Of a stretch of DNA of 64,000 nucleotides, positions 46,828-56,723 are shown piece by piece. Each line of letters opens with the position of its first letter. Positions within the stretch are counted from its first letter, which is position 1. The notes under the pieces were generated by a model that had not been told where the DNA came from, did no database searches, and worked only from the letters and a program-made list of their open reading frames with translations. The DNA comes from Clostridia bacterium (GTDB lineage Bacteria > Bacillota > Clostridia > TANB77 > CAG-508), in assembly GCA_017528085.1 (NCBI GenBank), contig JAFXPH010000002.1, forward strand, positions 145,071-209,070, in the 5' to 3' direction. The position numbers were made by a program, and so were the translations under genes.

Positions 46828-47299
46828 CCTTGCACCTCCAACACTTCCACAACTATTATAACACATTTTTCTTCAAAAATCTACCTCGGCAAGGTAATTT
46901 ATATAATTAATATAGTTTTGCATTGAAGTTCACATCAAAATATGCTATAATAGTTATAGTTAATAAGATATGACTGGCATGCTCTATAGTATGTAATCTT
47001 AATCAGTCGCTTGGGATAGCCCAAAACAAATCATTGGGCATCGCAAGTGCCTTATTATATTATAGAGATTTCATTTGCTCTCGAATATAAGATTTGTTTT
47101 TAAGCTTATTAACTAATAAAAAATTCGAGGTATTGCAGATGAAAATATTAGACGATGGTTTCCCTGGTGGAAAATTCATTGAATTTGATAATGAGCCAGT
47201 TTATTGGGGGAACTAGTTTTCCCCCTACCCCTTTGGGGATCTTATAACTTTGAAATAGCTTATTAACAAGTTACTTGCGATAGCTTGTTAATATATATA

Positions 47300-47342
47300 G
47301 CCATAGGTCTCGAATAATCATCTGCACCTATGGTTATTTTTT
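47300..47342 (+). terminator. plus-strand rho-independent terminator
   Basis: CCATAGGTctcgaataatcatctgcaCCTATGG followed by TTATTTTTT. Confidence 0.5.
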
Positions 47343-47543
47343 ACCTTAAAAAGGTAAAATTTTTGATTGTCTAATACTTAATACTACTGTTATTATATGC
47401 CGATAATAAAAAACTTCCTTATAAATATAAAATTACCTTGTTAAGGAAAAAACAACAATTTTTCTTCCTTAATAAGGTAATTTTTTAAATTTGTTTTATG
47501 TTAACAGTTTTGCTATACTAATCTCCAGAAGGAGGTTTTATAA

Positions 47544-47918
47544 ATGAAAAATTCATATGATTATACTAAAGATGAAAAGTATAAATCATATGAACAATTT
47601 GTTTATAAATCTTTGATTGATTTAGGTTTTAGAATCACTAATGTTGGTACAATGTATCTAAAAGATCTTATATTATTTGCATACTTTAATAACTACTATG
47701 AAATCAATGTTACTAAAATTGTTAAAGATTTTATGCAATATAAAAATATTAATTATATCTCATATAGGACATTTATTAATTGTATTGTATATTCCATTAA
47801 TAGTATAACTTATGATTCTTTTAAAAAAATATTTAAAATACATTATAATGAATACTATAATTCTACCAAAAACCTCATTATCCTCTTTATAAATATGCTC
47901 AATTATTATAAGAATTAA
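47544..47918 (+). CDS. hypothetical protein (Tyr/Asn-rich)
   Basis: Strong RBS GAAGGAGG 8 nt upstream of the ATG. It is the only convincing plus-strand gene in the right half of the window. Confidence 0.45.
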   Translation: MKNSYDYTKDEKYKSYEQFVYKSLIDLGFRITNVGTMYLKDLILFAYFNNYYEINVTKIVKDFMQYKNINYISYRTFINCIVYSINSITYDSFKKIFKIHYNEYYNSTKNLIILFINMLNYYKN

Positions 47919-47992
47919 ATATTATAGGATGCTAAAAAGAAACATATTTTGTACTTTAAGAATTTTAAAATCTTTAAGTGAATGCTTTCATT

Positions 47993-48817
47993 CTAATTAT
48001 GTAATGAAATAACGCCACTACCCCCAGTAGCATATATTGTATCTCCAACAATTAAATTTCCGTAATCACTTATTAGCATAATTGCTAAAGAAGCAATTTC
48101 TTCGGTAGTCGCCATTCTTTTTATTGGAGTACTGTAATCTAAATCAGAAGCATCCGAAGAATTTTGCATCTTTGTAGCTGTAGGTCCAGGAGCTAATGAA
48201 TTAACGATTATTCCATATGGAATTAAATTGTCAGCTAACCCAATGGTAAAACCTTTTATCGCCCATTTTGATATTTCGTAAGAAGACCAAGCAGGTCTTA
48301 AAGCTGATGAAGAACTAATGTTTAATATGTGACCTTTTATCTTTCTATCTATCAAATATTTAGCAAATACTTGACTGATAAAAAAAGTACCTTTTACATT
48401 GACTGCAATTGTTTTATCAAAATCTTCTTCTGTTGTACTAAAGAAATCCTTTCTTGGATTATAGCCGGCACAATTTACCAATATATCTATTTGAGAATCT
48501 TTAACAATTTTTATTGCATCATCTATACATTTTTTTATTGAATCTAGTTTAGATAAATCCAACACAACACCATTACAATTTTCATTATTAATCATATGGC
48601 AGGTTTCTTTTATTTTTTCCTCGCTAGTTCCTGTTATTATTACTTTACCACCAGTTTTTATTACTTTTTTCGCAATCGCTATTCCTATATCACCAGTTCC
48701 TCCAGTAATCAAAACTGTTTTTCCTTTTAAGATATTAATTTCTTCAATTAAATAAGGTATGGCTATTTTTTCTTTTTTATTTAGTTTCTTTATTATTTTT
48801 TTTATTATTTTCTTCAT
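47993..48817 (-). CDS. SDR-family NAD(P)-dependent oxidoreductase
   Basis: Rossmann motif VLITGGTGDIGIAIAKK. Catalytic SSSSALRPAWSSYEISKWAIKG (Ser...YxxxK). Confidence 0.7.
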   Translation of the reverse strand: MKKIIKKIIKKLNKKEKIAIPYLIEEINILKGKTVLITGGTGDIGIAIAKKVIKTGGKVIITGTSEEKIKETCHMINNENCNGVVLDLSKLDSIKKCIDDAIKIVKDSQIDILVNCAGYNPRKDFFSTTEEDFDKTIAVNVKGTFFISQVFAKYLIDRKIKGHILNISSSSALRPAWSSYEISKWAIKGFTIGLADNLIPYGIIVNSLAPGPTATKMQNSSDASDLDYSTPIKRMATTEEIASLAIMLISDYGNLIVGDTIYATGGSGVISLHN

Positions 48818-48821
48818 ATAA

Positions 48822-50297
48822 TTAACTCTCGTTCACTTTTTTCATATTTTTTATTTTTAATAAGCTTTCATAAATAAGTTTTCTATTTATTAGACACATT
48901 ATTAGAATGATTATTAAACAAATATATCTTATAAATGGATTAAAATTATATAATAATTGTATTAATGATCCTATCAAAAGGAAACCAATTGATATTAGAG
49001 AAAATATTTTTATAGAAATAGGTTTTTCACCATTTAATTTATCCTTACAAATCTTATGCATAAACAAATAATGCATCGCTGAATATATAATAAAACAAAC
49101 AAGAGTAGTATATCCAGCAGCAAAATATCCATAAATTGGTATAAAAATATAGTTTAAAACAATATTTAATACTGCACCAATTCCTGATGCAAGAGCAATT
49201 GTATTGGTTTTTTCGTAATAATACTCAAACACAGCAAAAAAATAATAAGAAAATGAAAAATATACACTCATTGCAGTTGGCGGAATTATCCATCTTGCTT
49301 CATAATACGCTTTTGGAGCAAATACACTAATTATTTCTGGAGCTAATAATATTAGCAATAAATTCACAATAGCTATAAAAATAAAAGATATAATGGCAAT
49401 TGGTTTAATACTATCTATTTTTTTATTCTCTATTTTCTTATACAACCAAGGTTCTTCTGTTTGAGCTAATGCAGTATTGAACATAGTCATCACTTGTGAA
49501 ATTGAATATGCTAAACCATAAATTCCAGCAGAACTTGTATTTACTAGTCTTTCTATCATTATTCTATCAGAACTATTTAATATCACTTGTGAAAGATAAT
49601 GTGGTATTAAAGGAATATTAAACATAAGTGCATATTTCCATATATTGAAATCTATAAGTCTTTTACCTTTATAAATATCACTCACAAATAGTCCAAAGAA
49701 AAAGATAAAATCCATAATAAATGTTCCGATAATTCTAGCATTTACTTTATCTGATAATATATTCATCAATGCCATACCTAACAGTTGTCCTAAAATTAAA
49801 ACTCCTATTGTAATTGGAACAATTTTTCTATATTGAAAATCAAAACGCTGTTTGGCTGCCCAAAAGCCATAAATAGTAGAAAGCCATATAGTCAATATCA
49901 TTAAAATCGTCCTTTGAGTATTTAACTTTGTTAAATAATTAATTTCTTTCGAAAATAATAAATATAAACTAATCCAAAAAATAACTAGTACAAATGTTAA
50001 AAATTGCATTGAAGAAACAAATTCTTTTTCTTTCCCCTTATATTTTAACAAGCCTCTCATAAAAACACCTGCTGAAAGATTCAAAGTAATGAAAACAGCG
50101 AAAATACTATACCATGATGAATATATGCTATATTCACCAAATTCCGATGGAGACATTAGTCTAGTAAAAATTGGTGTGGTAATGACATTAATTGCTTTTT
50201 GCATAAAAGTACAAACTAAAAACCAAAAAGAAGCTCTAACTTGTATAGGCATAGCAAAATATTTATTCTTTATTTCTTTTAACATTTTGTTCTCCAT
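48822..50297 (-). CDS. polysaccharide biosynthesis protein / Wzx-type flippase (second copy)
   Basis: 491 aa, ~14 TM helices. Glycan locus context. Confidence 0.55.
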   Translation of the reverse strand: MENKMLKEIKNKYFAMPIQVRASFWFLVCTFMQKAINVITTPIFTRLMSPSEFGEYSIYSSWYSIFAVFITLNLSAGVFMRGLLKYKGKEKEFVSSMQFLTFVLVIFWISLYLLFSKEINYLTKLNTQRTILMILTIWLSTIYGFWAAKQRFDFQYRKIVPITIGVLILGQLLGMALMNILSDKVNARIIGTFIMDFIFFFGLFVSDIYKGKRLIDFNIWKYALMFNIPLIPHYLSQVILNSSDRIMIERLVNTSSAGIYGLAYSISQVMTMFNTALAQTEEPWLYKKIENKKIDSIKPIAIISFIFIAIVNLLLILLAPEIISVFAPKAYYEARWIIPPTAMSVYFSFSYYFFAVFEYYYEKTNTIALASGIGAVLNIVLNYIFIPIYGYFAAGYTTLVCFIIYSAMHYLFMHKICKDKLNGEKPISIKIFSLISIGFLLIGSLIQLLYNFNPFIRYICLIIILIMCLINRKLIYESLLKIKNMKKVNES

Positions 50298-50300
50298 ATC

Positions 50301-52055
50301 CTATTTCTTTTTTTTCAATAAGTCCTTAATTTTTGAAGCATTCTTATCACCCATAATAGTTTTTATTGATTTTTTTAAATTGCTTTTCATCTCTTCAGAA
50401 AATGTTTCATTTCTGTTTTTATCTATTATAGTTGTTGTCGCTCTTTTCTCATCTTCTGGATCTGTAAAAATCTCAAAAATAATAGGTTTTTCACTTTCAC
50501 CAAGAAAAGAATTAATATTTGAATTAAAACTCTCTTTATTAGTTGCAGATATATAGTCAAAACCTTGGGTTCTTGCCCATCCTTCAGCATTTTTAAAATG
50601 ATTATCTGCAGCAATGTATGAACCCACGTCAGTTTTATATTGTAAGTTACCTAGTTTAAATTCAACACCTCCATTATTATTTACTAACAGTATTCTTACA
50701 TTATTTTTTATGTGCCTTATGCCTATAGCATTCATATCATAATAAAATGATAAATCACCTATTATTAAAAAGCACAATTCTTCTGTATCTACACTCTCTC
50801 CTAAAAATGTAGACAAACATCCATCAATACCAAATGATGCAACATTAGAAAAGCATTTTATCGATTCATCTATATTAAAAAGTAACCATGATCTTAAACT
50901 ATTTAAAATAGCATAATTCATATAACTATTTGCAGGAATTCTTTCACATAGCTGTTGTGCAGCATAAATATTTGAAAATGGTAATTCAATATTTCTATTA
51001 ATATTATTTTCAAATAATAACCATTTTTTGTAATATGTATGATCATTTATTTCATCATTATCTAACCATCCTTTAAAAAAATCCTCTATACTCATTTGAT
51101 ATATTCTTGTTAATTGATTATATGTATCAACTACATTTCCATCTTCTGAAATTCTCCAATGTTCATCAATCAACTTATTCAAAGAAAACAAACGCTTATA
51201 AATATTGTAGTCTCCTGTTATTCCACCAACTGTAATAAGAATATCTGGTTTTAGCTCAGAATTAAAAACTTCTTGTGACATTGCACCAATTAATAAATTG
51301 GCATTCAATGAATATTTTCCATGATAATTAGAAAGGTGATTTGTGTAAATCATAACATCATAGCAATTTGAAAATTTTTCTATTGCGTTGTATGTATTAT
51401 CTGAAACAGGAGTATTCTCACCTATTAAAATCATTATTTTCTTTTGCTTTAAATTTATATCTTTTTTCACATTATTATATCTTTCAATCATTCTAACTTC
51501 TGGTATTACCGCATTCTTATCAAATTCCCACGTTTCACTATCTAATTCTTCAATATTAAGCTGAACTGGACCAGTACCGCAATGATTTAGTTCCAGTATT
51601 GCTTCATTTACTATTCTTATACACATAGCTCTGTCGTAATCATCTTTTATTCTAGGAATAGAATAGCTTTTCTTTATGGCATCAACAGGCAATGACGTTT
51701 GAATTGGACATTGCATATATTCTTGAGATAAATACATAGGATGTTTAGACATAGTCAATGCTAATATAGGAACATGCTTATAATATGCTTCTGTTAATCC
51801 TGGAATATAATTTCTTGTTGCGTTTGCTGATGTACAAGATGTAGCAATTATTTCACCTGTTTTCAAATATAATCCTATCGCAAAGTACATTGCACTTCTT
51901 TCATCAACAACAGAATAACATTTAAAAAATGGATCTTGTTGAACAGCTTGAACAATTGGAATGTTTGAACCTCCAGGACTTAAAACAATATGTCTAATAT
52001 TATGTTTTTTTAATAAACTTATAACAATTCTTGCATTTTCTAATATAGTATACAT
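50301..52055 (-). CDS. thiamine-pyrophosphate-dependent enzyme (acetolactate-synthase-like fold)
   Basis: The N-terminal TPP Pyr domain has ARIVISLLKKHNIRHIVLSPGGSNIPIV and VDERSAMYFAIG. The middle and C-terminal TPP-binding domains carry GDLSFYYDMNAIG. About 585 aa. Confidence 0.6.
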   Translation of the reverse strand: MYTILENARIVISLLKKHNIRHIVLSPGGSNIPIVQAVQQDPFFKCYSVVDERSAMYFAIGLYLKTGEIIATSCTSANATRNYIPGLTEAYYKHVPILALTMSKHPMYLSQEYMQCPIQTSLPVDAIKKSYSIPRIKDDYDRAMCIRIVNEAILELNHCGTGPVQLNIEELDSETWEFDKNAVIPEVRMIERYNNVKKDINLKQKKIMILIGENTPVSDNTYNAIEKFSNCYDVMIYTNHLSNYHGKYSLNANLLIGAMSQEVFNSELKPDILITVGGITGDYNIYKRLFSLNKLIDEHWRISEDGNVVDTYNQLTRIYQMSIEDFFKGWLDNDEINDHTYYKKWLLFENNINRNIELPFSNIYAAQQLCERIPANSYMNYAILNSLRSWLLFNIDESIKCFSNVASFGIDGCLSTFLGESVDTEELCFLIIGDLSFYYDMNAIGIRHIKNNVRILLVNNNGGVEFKLGNLQYKTDVGSYIAADNHFKNAEGWARTQGFDYISATNKESFNSNINSFLGESEKPIIFEIFTDPEDEKRATTTIIDKNRNETFSEEMKSNLKKSIKTIMGDKNASKIKDLLKKKK

Positions 52056-52077
52056 CTTTAAAAACTCCTTTTCTATT

Positions 52078-53202
52078 TTAGTTACCCTTAAGTGCATTAT
52101 TTAAATAATTATATGACTCTTTTCTTAAATAACCTAATTGATTATTAACTTTATTATAATCAATTTCCATTACTATATTATCTAGTTTTGTGTTTTCTGC
52201 TTCTGCATAATTTAATAAATTAAATAAACTTAGTAGATCATATATCCTTGAATTTTGAGATTTCTTATCAGTATTAAGAAATCTCTGTAATACAAAAAAG
52301 TTTTTATTAAAATTGATTGATAAAGCAGTTGCATGGAAAGAATCTGTTATAATGTATTTAGCATGAAGTAAACACCATATAAACTCCTCAACACCATAAT
52401 CAACATTACCATTACCAAATGAATATTTTATATTATTTTCACTAATCGCATAATATAATTTATAGCTATTCTTTTCTAAAAACGTTTTAATTATTTCTTC
52501 ATTTCTCCTTGCATCACCAATAAAATAACCAAAAACAAATTCGTCTTTTTCATCAATATCCACTGGCTTCTTTGCAATTTTTTCCCAATCATCCTTGTCT
52601 ATTAAAAAAGAAGGATCTAAAACAACTTGAATGTCTATATTGGTTAATTCTTTTAATATCTCTTTTGCTGTCTTCTCTCTTACACCAATGTAGTCAAACC
52701 TATTTAAATATTTCTTATACATTCTCTTTTTATTATTAGGAAGTTCATTCACTCCAATACTTGAAGCATATGCGATTTTGTTTTTACCACTAGGGACAAA
52801 ACTCAATAACATCGGTGTTTTTATATAATTGGGATTCCATATTTGATCACTTCCGGTAATAAAACTATCACACTTAGATACTATTTCTTCAAATTGTGAT
52901 TTGGAATTAATTGAAATCAGCTTTGATACTTCATATGCAAATTTCTTATTTGACTCTATTCTTTTTTGAAAGATATCATTACTATTATTCTTTTTTCTTT
53001 TTATTAATTTATTAATAATTGAATCTTTTACAATTCTAATAGTTTCAATTGGATGATTTATACCATAGTAATACTTGTAACTATCTGGAATTATTACATT
53101 ATATCCTTGATTTCTTAAATATTTTGCTAATGCATAACATTGAATACAAGTTCCGTAATTTATTGAATTTCCCCATGTAACTAAACAAATATTATTTTCC
53201 AT
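52078..53202 (-). CDS. polysaccharide pyruvyl transferase family protein (second copy)
   Basis: ICLVTWGNSINYGTCIQCYALAKYL matches the common GIxTFHxxxNYGAxLQAYAL N-terminus of PS_pyruv_trans proteins. Confidence 0.5.
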   Translation of the reverse strand: MENNICLVTWGNSINYGTCIQCYALAKYLRNQGYNVIIPDSYKYYYGINHPIETIRIVKDSIINKLIKRKKNNSNDIFQKRIESNKKFAYEVSKLISINSKSQFEEIVSKCDSFITGSDQIWNPNYIKTPMLLSFVPSGKNKIAYASSIGVNELPNNKKRMYKKYLNRFDYIGVREKTAKEILKELTNIDIQVVLDPSFLIDKDDWEKIAKKPVDIDEKDEFVFGYFIGDARRNEEIIKTFLEKNSYKLYYAISENNIKYSFGNGNVDYGVEEFIWCLLHAKYIITDSFHATALSINFNKNFFVLQRFLNTDKKSQNSRIYDLLSLFNLLNYAEAENTKLDNIVMEIDYNKVNNQLGYLRKESYNYLNNALKGN

Positions 53203-53254
53203 TATTTCTCGTATAATCTATTCTAATTATACTTCTCCCTCCTTAACAATATAG

Positions 53255-54598
53255 TTAACTTATTATCTTTTCTTTTGAACAATCCATTATATTTATAGGA
53301 TATTTATTGTAAAATATTTTTTCATCTTTTTCTATATCACATTCTTTTGCTTTATGATAATTATCAATATAATAAAGTACTACTGATATATATGAAAATA
53401 TTTCATACTTATAGTCAAAGTCTATAAATCCAACAATATTTACAATTAAAAAGATAAATCCAAATTTAATTAGTAAGTTATCTTTTAATTTTCTATATAA
53501 TCTAAATAATACATTAAAAAAACAAATGCTTGCACAAATTCCCCAATACATTGAATATTGTAAAAATGCAGATTTTGCAGCTAAATTTTTTTCTGAATTA
53601 CTAGCTAAAATATTGTATATTTCATTGAAATTCAAGTTGCTATTCATTCTTTTAAGAAATCCTATATTTTTTTTAATTTCATTCGCATATACTTTTATAT
53701 AATATGAATTCCCAACTCCAAATGGGAACTTTAGAGAAACACATAATGCTGAAAAACCCATACATATCCTTGTTGCAATAGATGTATAACTCCTAATATC
53801 CTTTTGTATTAATATCATTAATTTGGGGAAAAATATCGCTAAAAATAGTATTCCCAAAGCAGTTATCCCTATCCTATGCTTTAACTTAAGATTAGCATTA
53901 ATAAACATAAAAACAACCAAAGAAATAGCAATAGCTGCAATCATACCCTTAGATGTTGTCGTCAATAGAAAAATTACAAATATTATTGTTATTATGCATA
54001 AATTAAACCTTTTAAAATTTGTATATTTTAATATATACATAATAGATAGAATATAATTCAAAAAAATTAATGTGGAAGTATTTGAAACTTCAGAACATAG
54101 TAATCTAATTCTTCCAAATGATTCATAGTAATTCGTTGTATTATGAAAAATATCTAACAAATGTGGATTGAATTTTTCTATAATCAAAATTATGAATAAA
54201 AATAGATAGCTAAAGAAAAATGGAAAAAGCATTTTTCTCTCATCAATTTTACTTTGAAGATTAAATAATAAAACTAATAATCCTACATTAGTAACCCAAT
54301 ACAAAAATCCTTTACATGCTTTTAAAGGAAGGAAAATTGAATAAAACTCTAATTCATTAGTTAGATACATATAAAGAATATATACTACGTTTATTATCAT
54401 TAGATATAGTGTTAGAAATAAAAATGGTTTCATTTCTTTTGTTATTTTTATTTTTCTTTCTTTAAAGCAAAAAATTATAAAGAAAACTATCATTATTAAT
54501 GAAGTAATTGAACTTCCATAATTTCCCATCTGTTTAAGAATGGGTATATCCTGAAAACATGTAGATAGCACTAAAATAAAATACATAAAATAAAACAT
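53255..54598 (-). CDS. Wzy-type oligosaccharide repeat-unit polymerase-like membrane protein (second copy)
   Basis: 447 aa, ~11 TM helices. Glycan locus context. Confidence 0.45.
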   Translation of the reverse strand: MFYFMYFILVLSTCFQDIPILKQMGNYGSSITSLIMIVFFIIFCFKERKIKITKEMKPFLFLTLYLMIINVVYILYMYLTNELEFYSIFLPLKACKGFLYWVTNVGLLVLLFNLQSKIDERKMLFPFFFSYLFLFIILIIEKFNPHLLDIFHNTTNYYESFGRIRLLCSEVSNTSTLIFLNYILSIMYILKYTNFKRFNLCIITIIFVIFLLTTTSKGMIAAIAISLVVFMFINANLKLKHRIGITALGILFLAIFFPKLMILIQKDIRSYTSIATRICMGFSALCVSLKFPFGVGNSYYIKVYANEIKKNIGFLKRMNSNLNFNEIYNILASNSEKNLAAKSAFLQYSMYWGICASICFFNVLFRLYRKLKDNLLIKFGFIFLIVNIVGFIDFDYKYEIFSYISVVLYYIDNYHKAKECDIEKDEKIFYNKYPINIMDCSKEKIIS

Positions 54599-54612
54599 TT
54601 TATTCTCCTAAC

Positions 54613-55509
54613 TTAAATAATATTATTCACTTTTCCCAGTATATCTTTTTTGTAGTCATGTATAGCTCTTAAGATTGCCTTATAATTATTATCTTTTTTT
54701 AGATAATACTGAATCACCCTTACATATCTTGATAAAAATGTGAAATGAATTGCTAAAGGGCTGAAAAATTTATTATGCATTTTTATATAATACAATCTAT
54801 TTCTAGTAATATAATATGTTGAAAAAAAAGAATTACTTCCACCTGTTGATCTACTTACTTTATGCCACAATATTGCTTTAGGAATATATCTTATACTTAT
54901 TTCTTTTTCTAACAAACGTAAACAAAATTCAGTATCTTCACAGTACATAAAAAATTTTTCATTTAACAATCCTACTTTTTTAAAAATATTAGAGTTAATC
55001 ATCATGCAACAGCCTGTAGCAAATGTGCACGTACATGATTTAACCTCAGTTGTATTTTTAGAATTCATTTTGAAATGCTTTGCATTACCAGTAAATTTAC
55101 TAATTTTTCCCCCAGCATACCATATTAAGTCTTTCTCATAATAATATAACATTTTAGGAACTGTTATTTGATTTTCATTTGCATTTTCAATCAGATAAGA
55201 AATCATATTTGGGTCAACTATTGTATCATTATTAAGGAGCAAAATATAATCAAAATTATTTGTTAAAGAATAATTTATTGCCAGATTATTTCCTCCGGAA
55301 AATCCCAAATTTTCTTTACTTTTAATAATGTATATGTTTGGAAATACTGCACTTAAACTATCTATATGCTCTTTATCTTGAGAATTATTCTCCACTACAA
55401 TAATCTTATAATTATTATAACTAGACTTAAGAATAGACTCTATACATTCCTTAGTATCTTGTATACCATTATAATTTACTAAAACTATTGCAATTTTTTT
55501 ACTCTTCAT
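54613..55509 (-). CDS. glycosyltransferase family 2
   Basis: KKIAIVLVNYNGIQDTKECIESIL...VVENNSQD is the GT2 N-terminal signature. Confidence 0.7.
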   Translation of the reverse strand: MKSKKIAIVLVNYNGIQDTKECIESILKSSYNNYKIIVVENNSQDKEHIDSLSAVFPNIYIIKSKENLGFSGGNNLAINYSLTNNFDYILLLNNDTIVDPNMISYLIENANENQITVPKMLYYYEKDLIWYAGGKISKFTGNAKHFKMNSKNTTEVKSCTCTFATGCCMMINSNIFKKVGLLNEKFFMYCEDTEFCLRLLEKEISIRYIPKAILWHKVSRSTGGSNSFFSTYYITRNRLYYIKMHNKFFSPLAIHFTFLSRYVRVIQYYLKKDNNYKAILRAIHDYKKDILGKVNNII

Positions 55510-56686
55510 TTTTATTTACCATTTCTATTAATTTTCTTTCAAACAAGTTTACGATATATCGCCAAGAAAACTCATCATACATTTTTTGATGTGAACATTC
55601 TATAATCCTCTTATACTTTTCAAAACTATTCATCACATTATTACATTCTGATATAAATTCATCAGCCGTATCACAAACAATAACATGTCTATCTTTCTCA
55701 AAATTTGTTCCTTCAATTCCTTTTGAAGTTGTTATTACAAGTTTTCCTTTTCCTAATGCTTCTAATAGTTTAACTTTTACTCCTCCTCCAGAGAACAAAG
55801 GAATAATAATAATCTTTGCCTTTTTATAATACTCATCTACTGAATCAACTTTGCCTGTTATTATGATATTTTCATATTTTTTTGCAATATTAATTAGATT
55901 ATTAGATGGTTCTTTTCCAACTATATAAAATTTACATCCTTTATTTTCTTTATAAACTTTTTCCCATACATTTTCTATAAACCAAATGGCCGCTTGTTCA
56001 TTTGGTAAGTATGACATTTTTGCTACGAAAGCAATATCATTTCCGTCAAAGCTGATTTTTTCAGTTATATTTGCACCAATTGGGAATAGATATGTATTAA
56101 TATTATTATACTTTTTTTCAAAACATTTTTTATCATCAATTGATACAAATGTTATTAAACTAAATTTATTATTTTTATATTGCTTATTTTCAAACATTTT
56201 CATTTGCAAAGATATTAACCTATAAGCTATCTTTTTAATAGGATTTTTTATACCCTTAGAAATATTTTTTAATGTTAAAAATTCAATATTATGTTGACAT
56301 AGTATAACTTTATATTTTTTGAACAGACTTTTTTCTATGTTGCATAACATCTGAGGAAAATCCACAATAATAAAATCTGGTGTGATTTCATTACATTTCA
56401 TTTCAATATCTTTTTTCATTTTATCTATAGTCCTAGATACAACAACAAATGGTGAAAAAAAACTTTTTATACAAACTCCAACATTTTTTTTCCTTTTATA
56501 AAACGATACAGTCTTGCAAACTTTCTGCAATTCTGGAATATACTCGTAGTCTTTTTCGTTTTCTATTAAAGAATACAAAAAAATTTCATTGTTTTTACTT
56601 AATTCAACTATTCTATTCCATACAACATTTCTTCCACCTGAATTTGGTGGATATGGGCATTCTGGAGTAATCCATATTAGTTTCAT
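55499..56686 (-). CDS. glycosyltransferase family 4 (GT-B, GT1/GT4-like)
   Basis: C-terminal GGVKVKLLEALGKGKLVITT matches the EX7E-type GT4 signature region. Confidence 0.6.
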   Translation of the reverse strand: MKLIWITPECPYPPNSGGRNVVWNRIVELSKNNEIFLYSLIENEKDYEYIPELQKVCKTVSFYKRKKNVGVCIKSFFSPFVVVSRTIDKMKKDIEMKCNEITPDFIIVDFPQMLCNIEKSLFKKYKVILCQHNIEFLTLKNISKGIKNPIKKIAYRLISLQMKMFENKQYKNNKFSLITFVSIDDKKCFEKKYNNINTYLFPIGANITEKISFDGNDIAFVAKMSYLPNEQAAIWFIENVWEKVYKENKGCKFYIVGKEPSNNLINIAKKYENIIITGKVDSVDEYYKKAKIIIIPLFSGGGVKVKLLEALGKGKLVITTSKGIEGTNFEKDRHVIVCDTADEFISECNNVMNSFEKYKRIIECSHQKMYDEFSWRYIVNLFERKLIEMVNKNEE

Positions 56687-56723
56687 CTGCTTCTCCTTGT
56701 TTTTTTATTATATTATTTATATT

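Larger units (their letters stand above)
36239..47500 (-). mobile_element. integrative element (~11 kb) with three tandem large serine recombinases and a regulatory/cargo module, inserted inside the polysaccharide locus
   Basis: Three contiguous large-serine-recombinase genes, sigma-70 region-4 proteins, an XRE repressor and acidic hypothetical proteins. The module is flanked on both sides by co-oriented polysaccharide biosynthesis genes and by a gene remnant at the left junction. The exact ends are not determined. Confidence 0.55.

Noticed and set aside
47147-47224. 25-codon plus-strand ORF (MKILDDGFPGGKFIEFDNEPVYWGN) considered as the N-terminus of the truncated epimerase
   Set aside because: It does not match the GxxGxxG Rossmann N-terminus of NAD-dependent epimerases and is on the wrong strand relative to the remnant at 35912-36025. 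It is kept only as a possible micro-ORF in the finding for this region.
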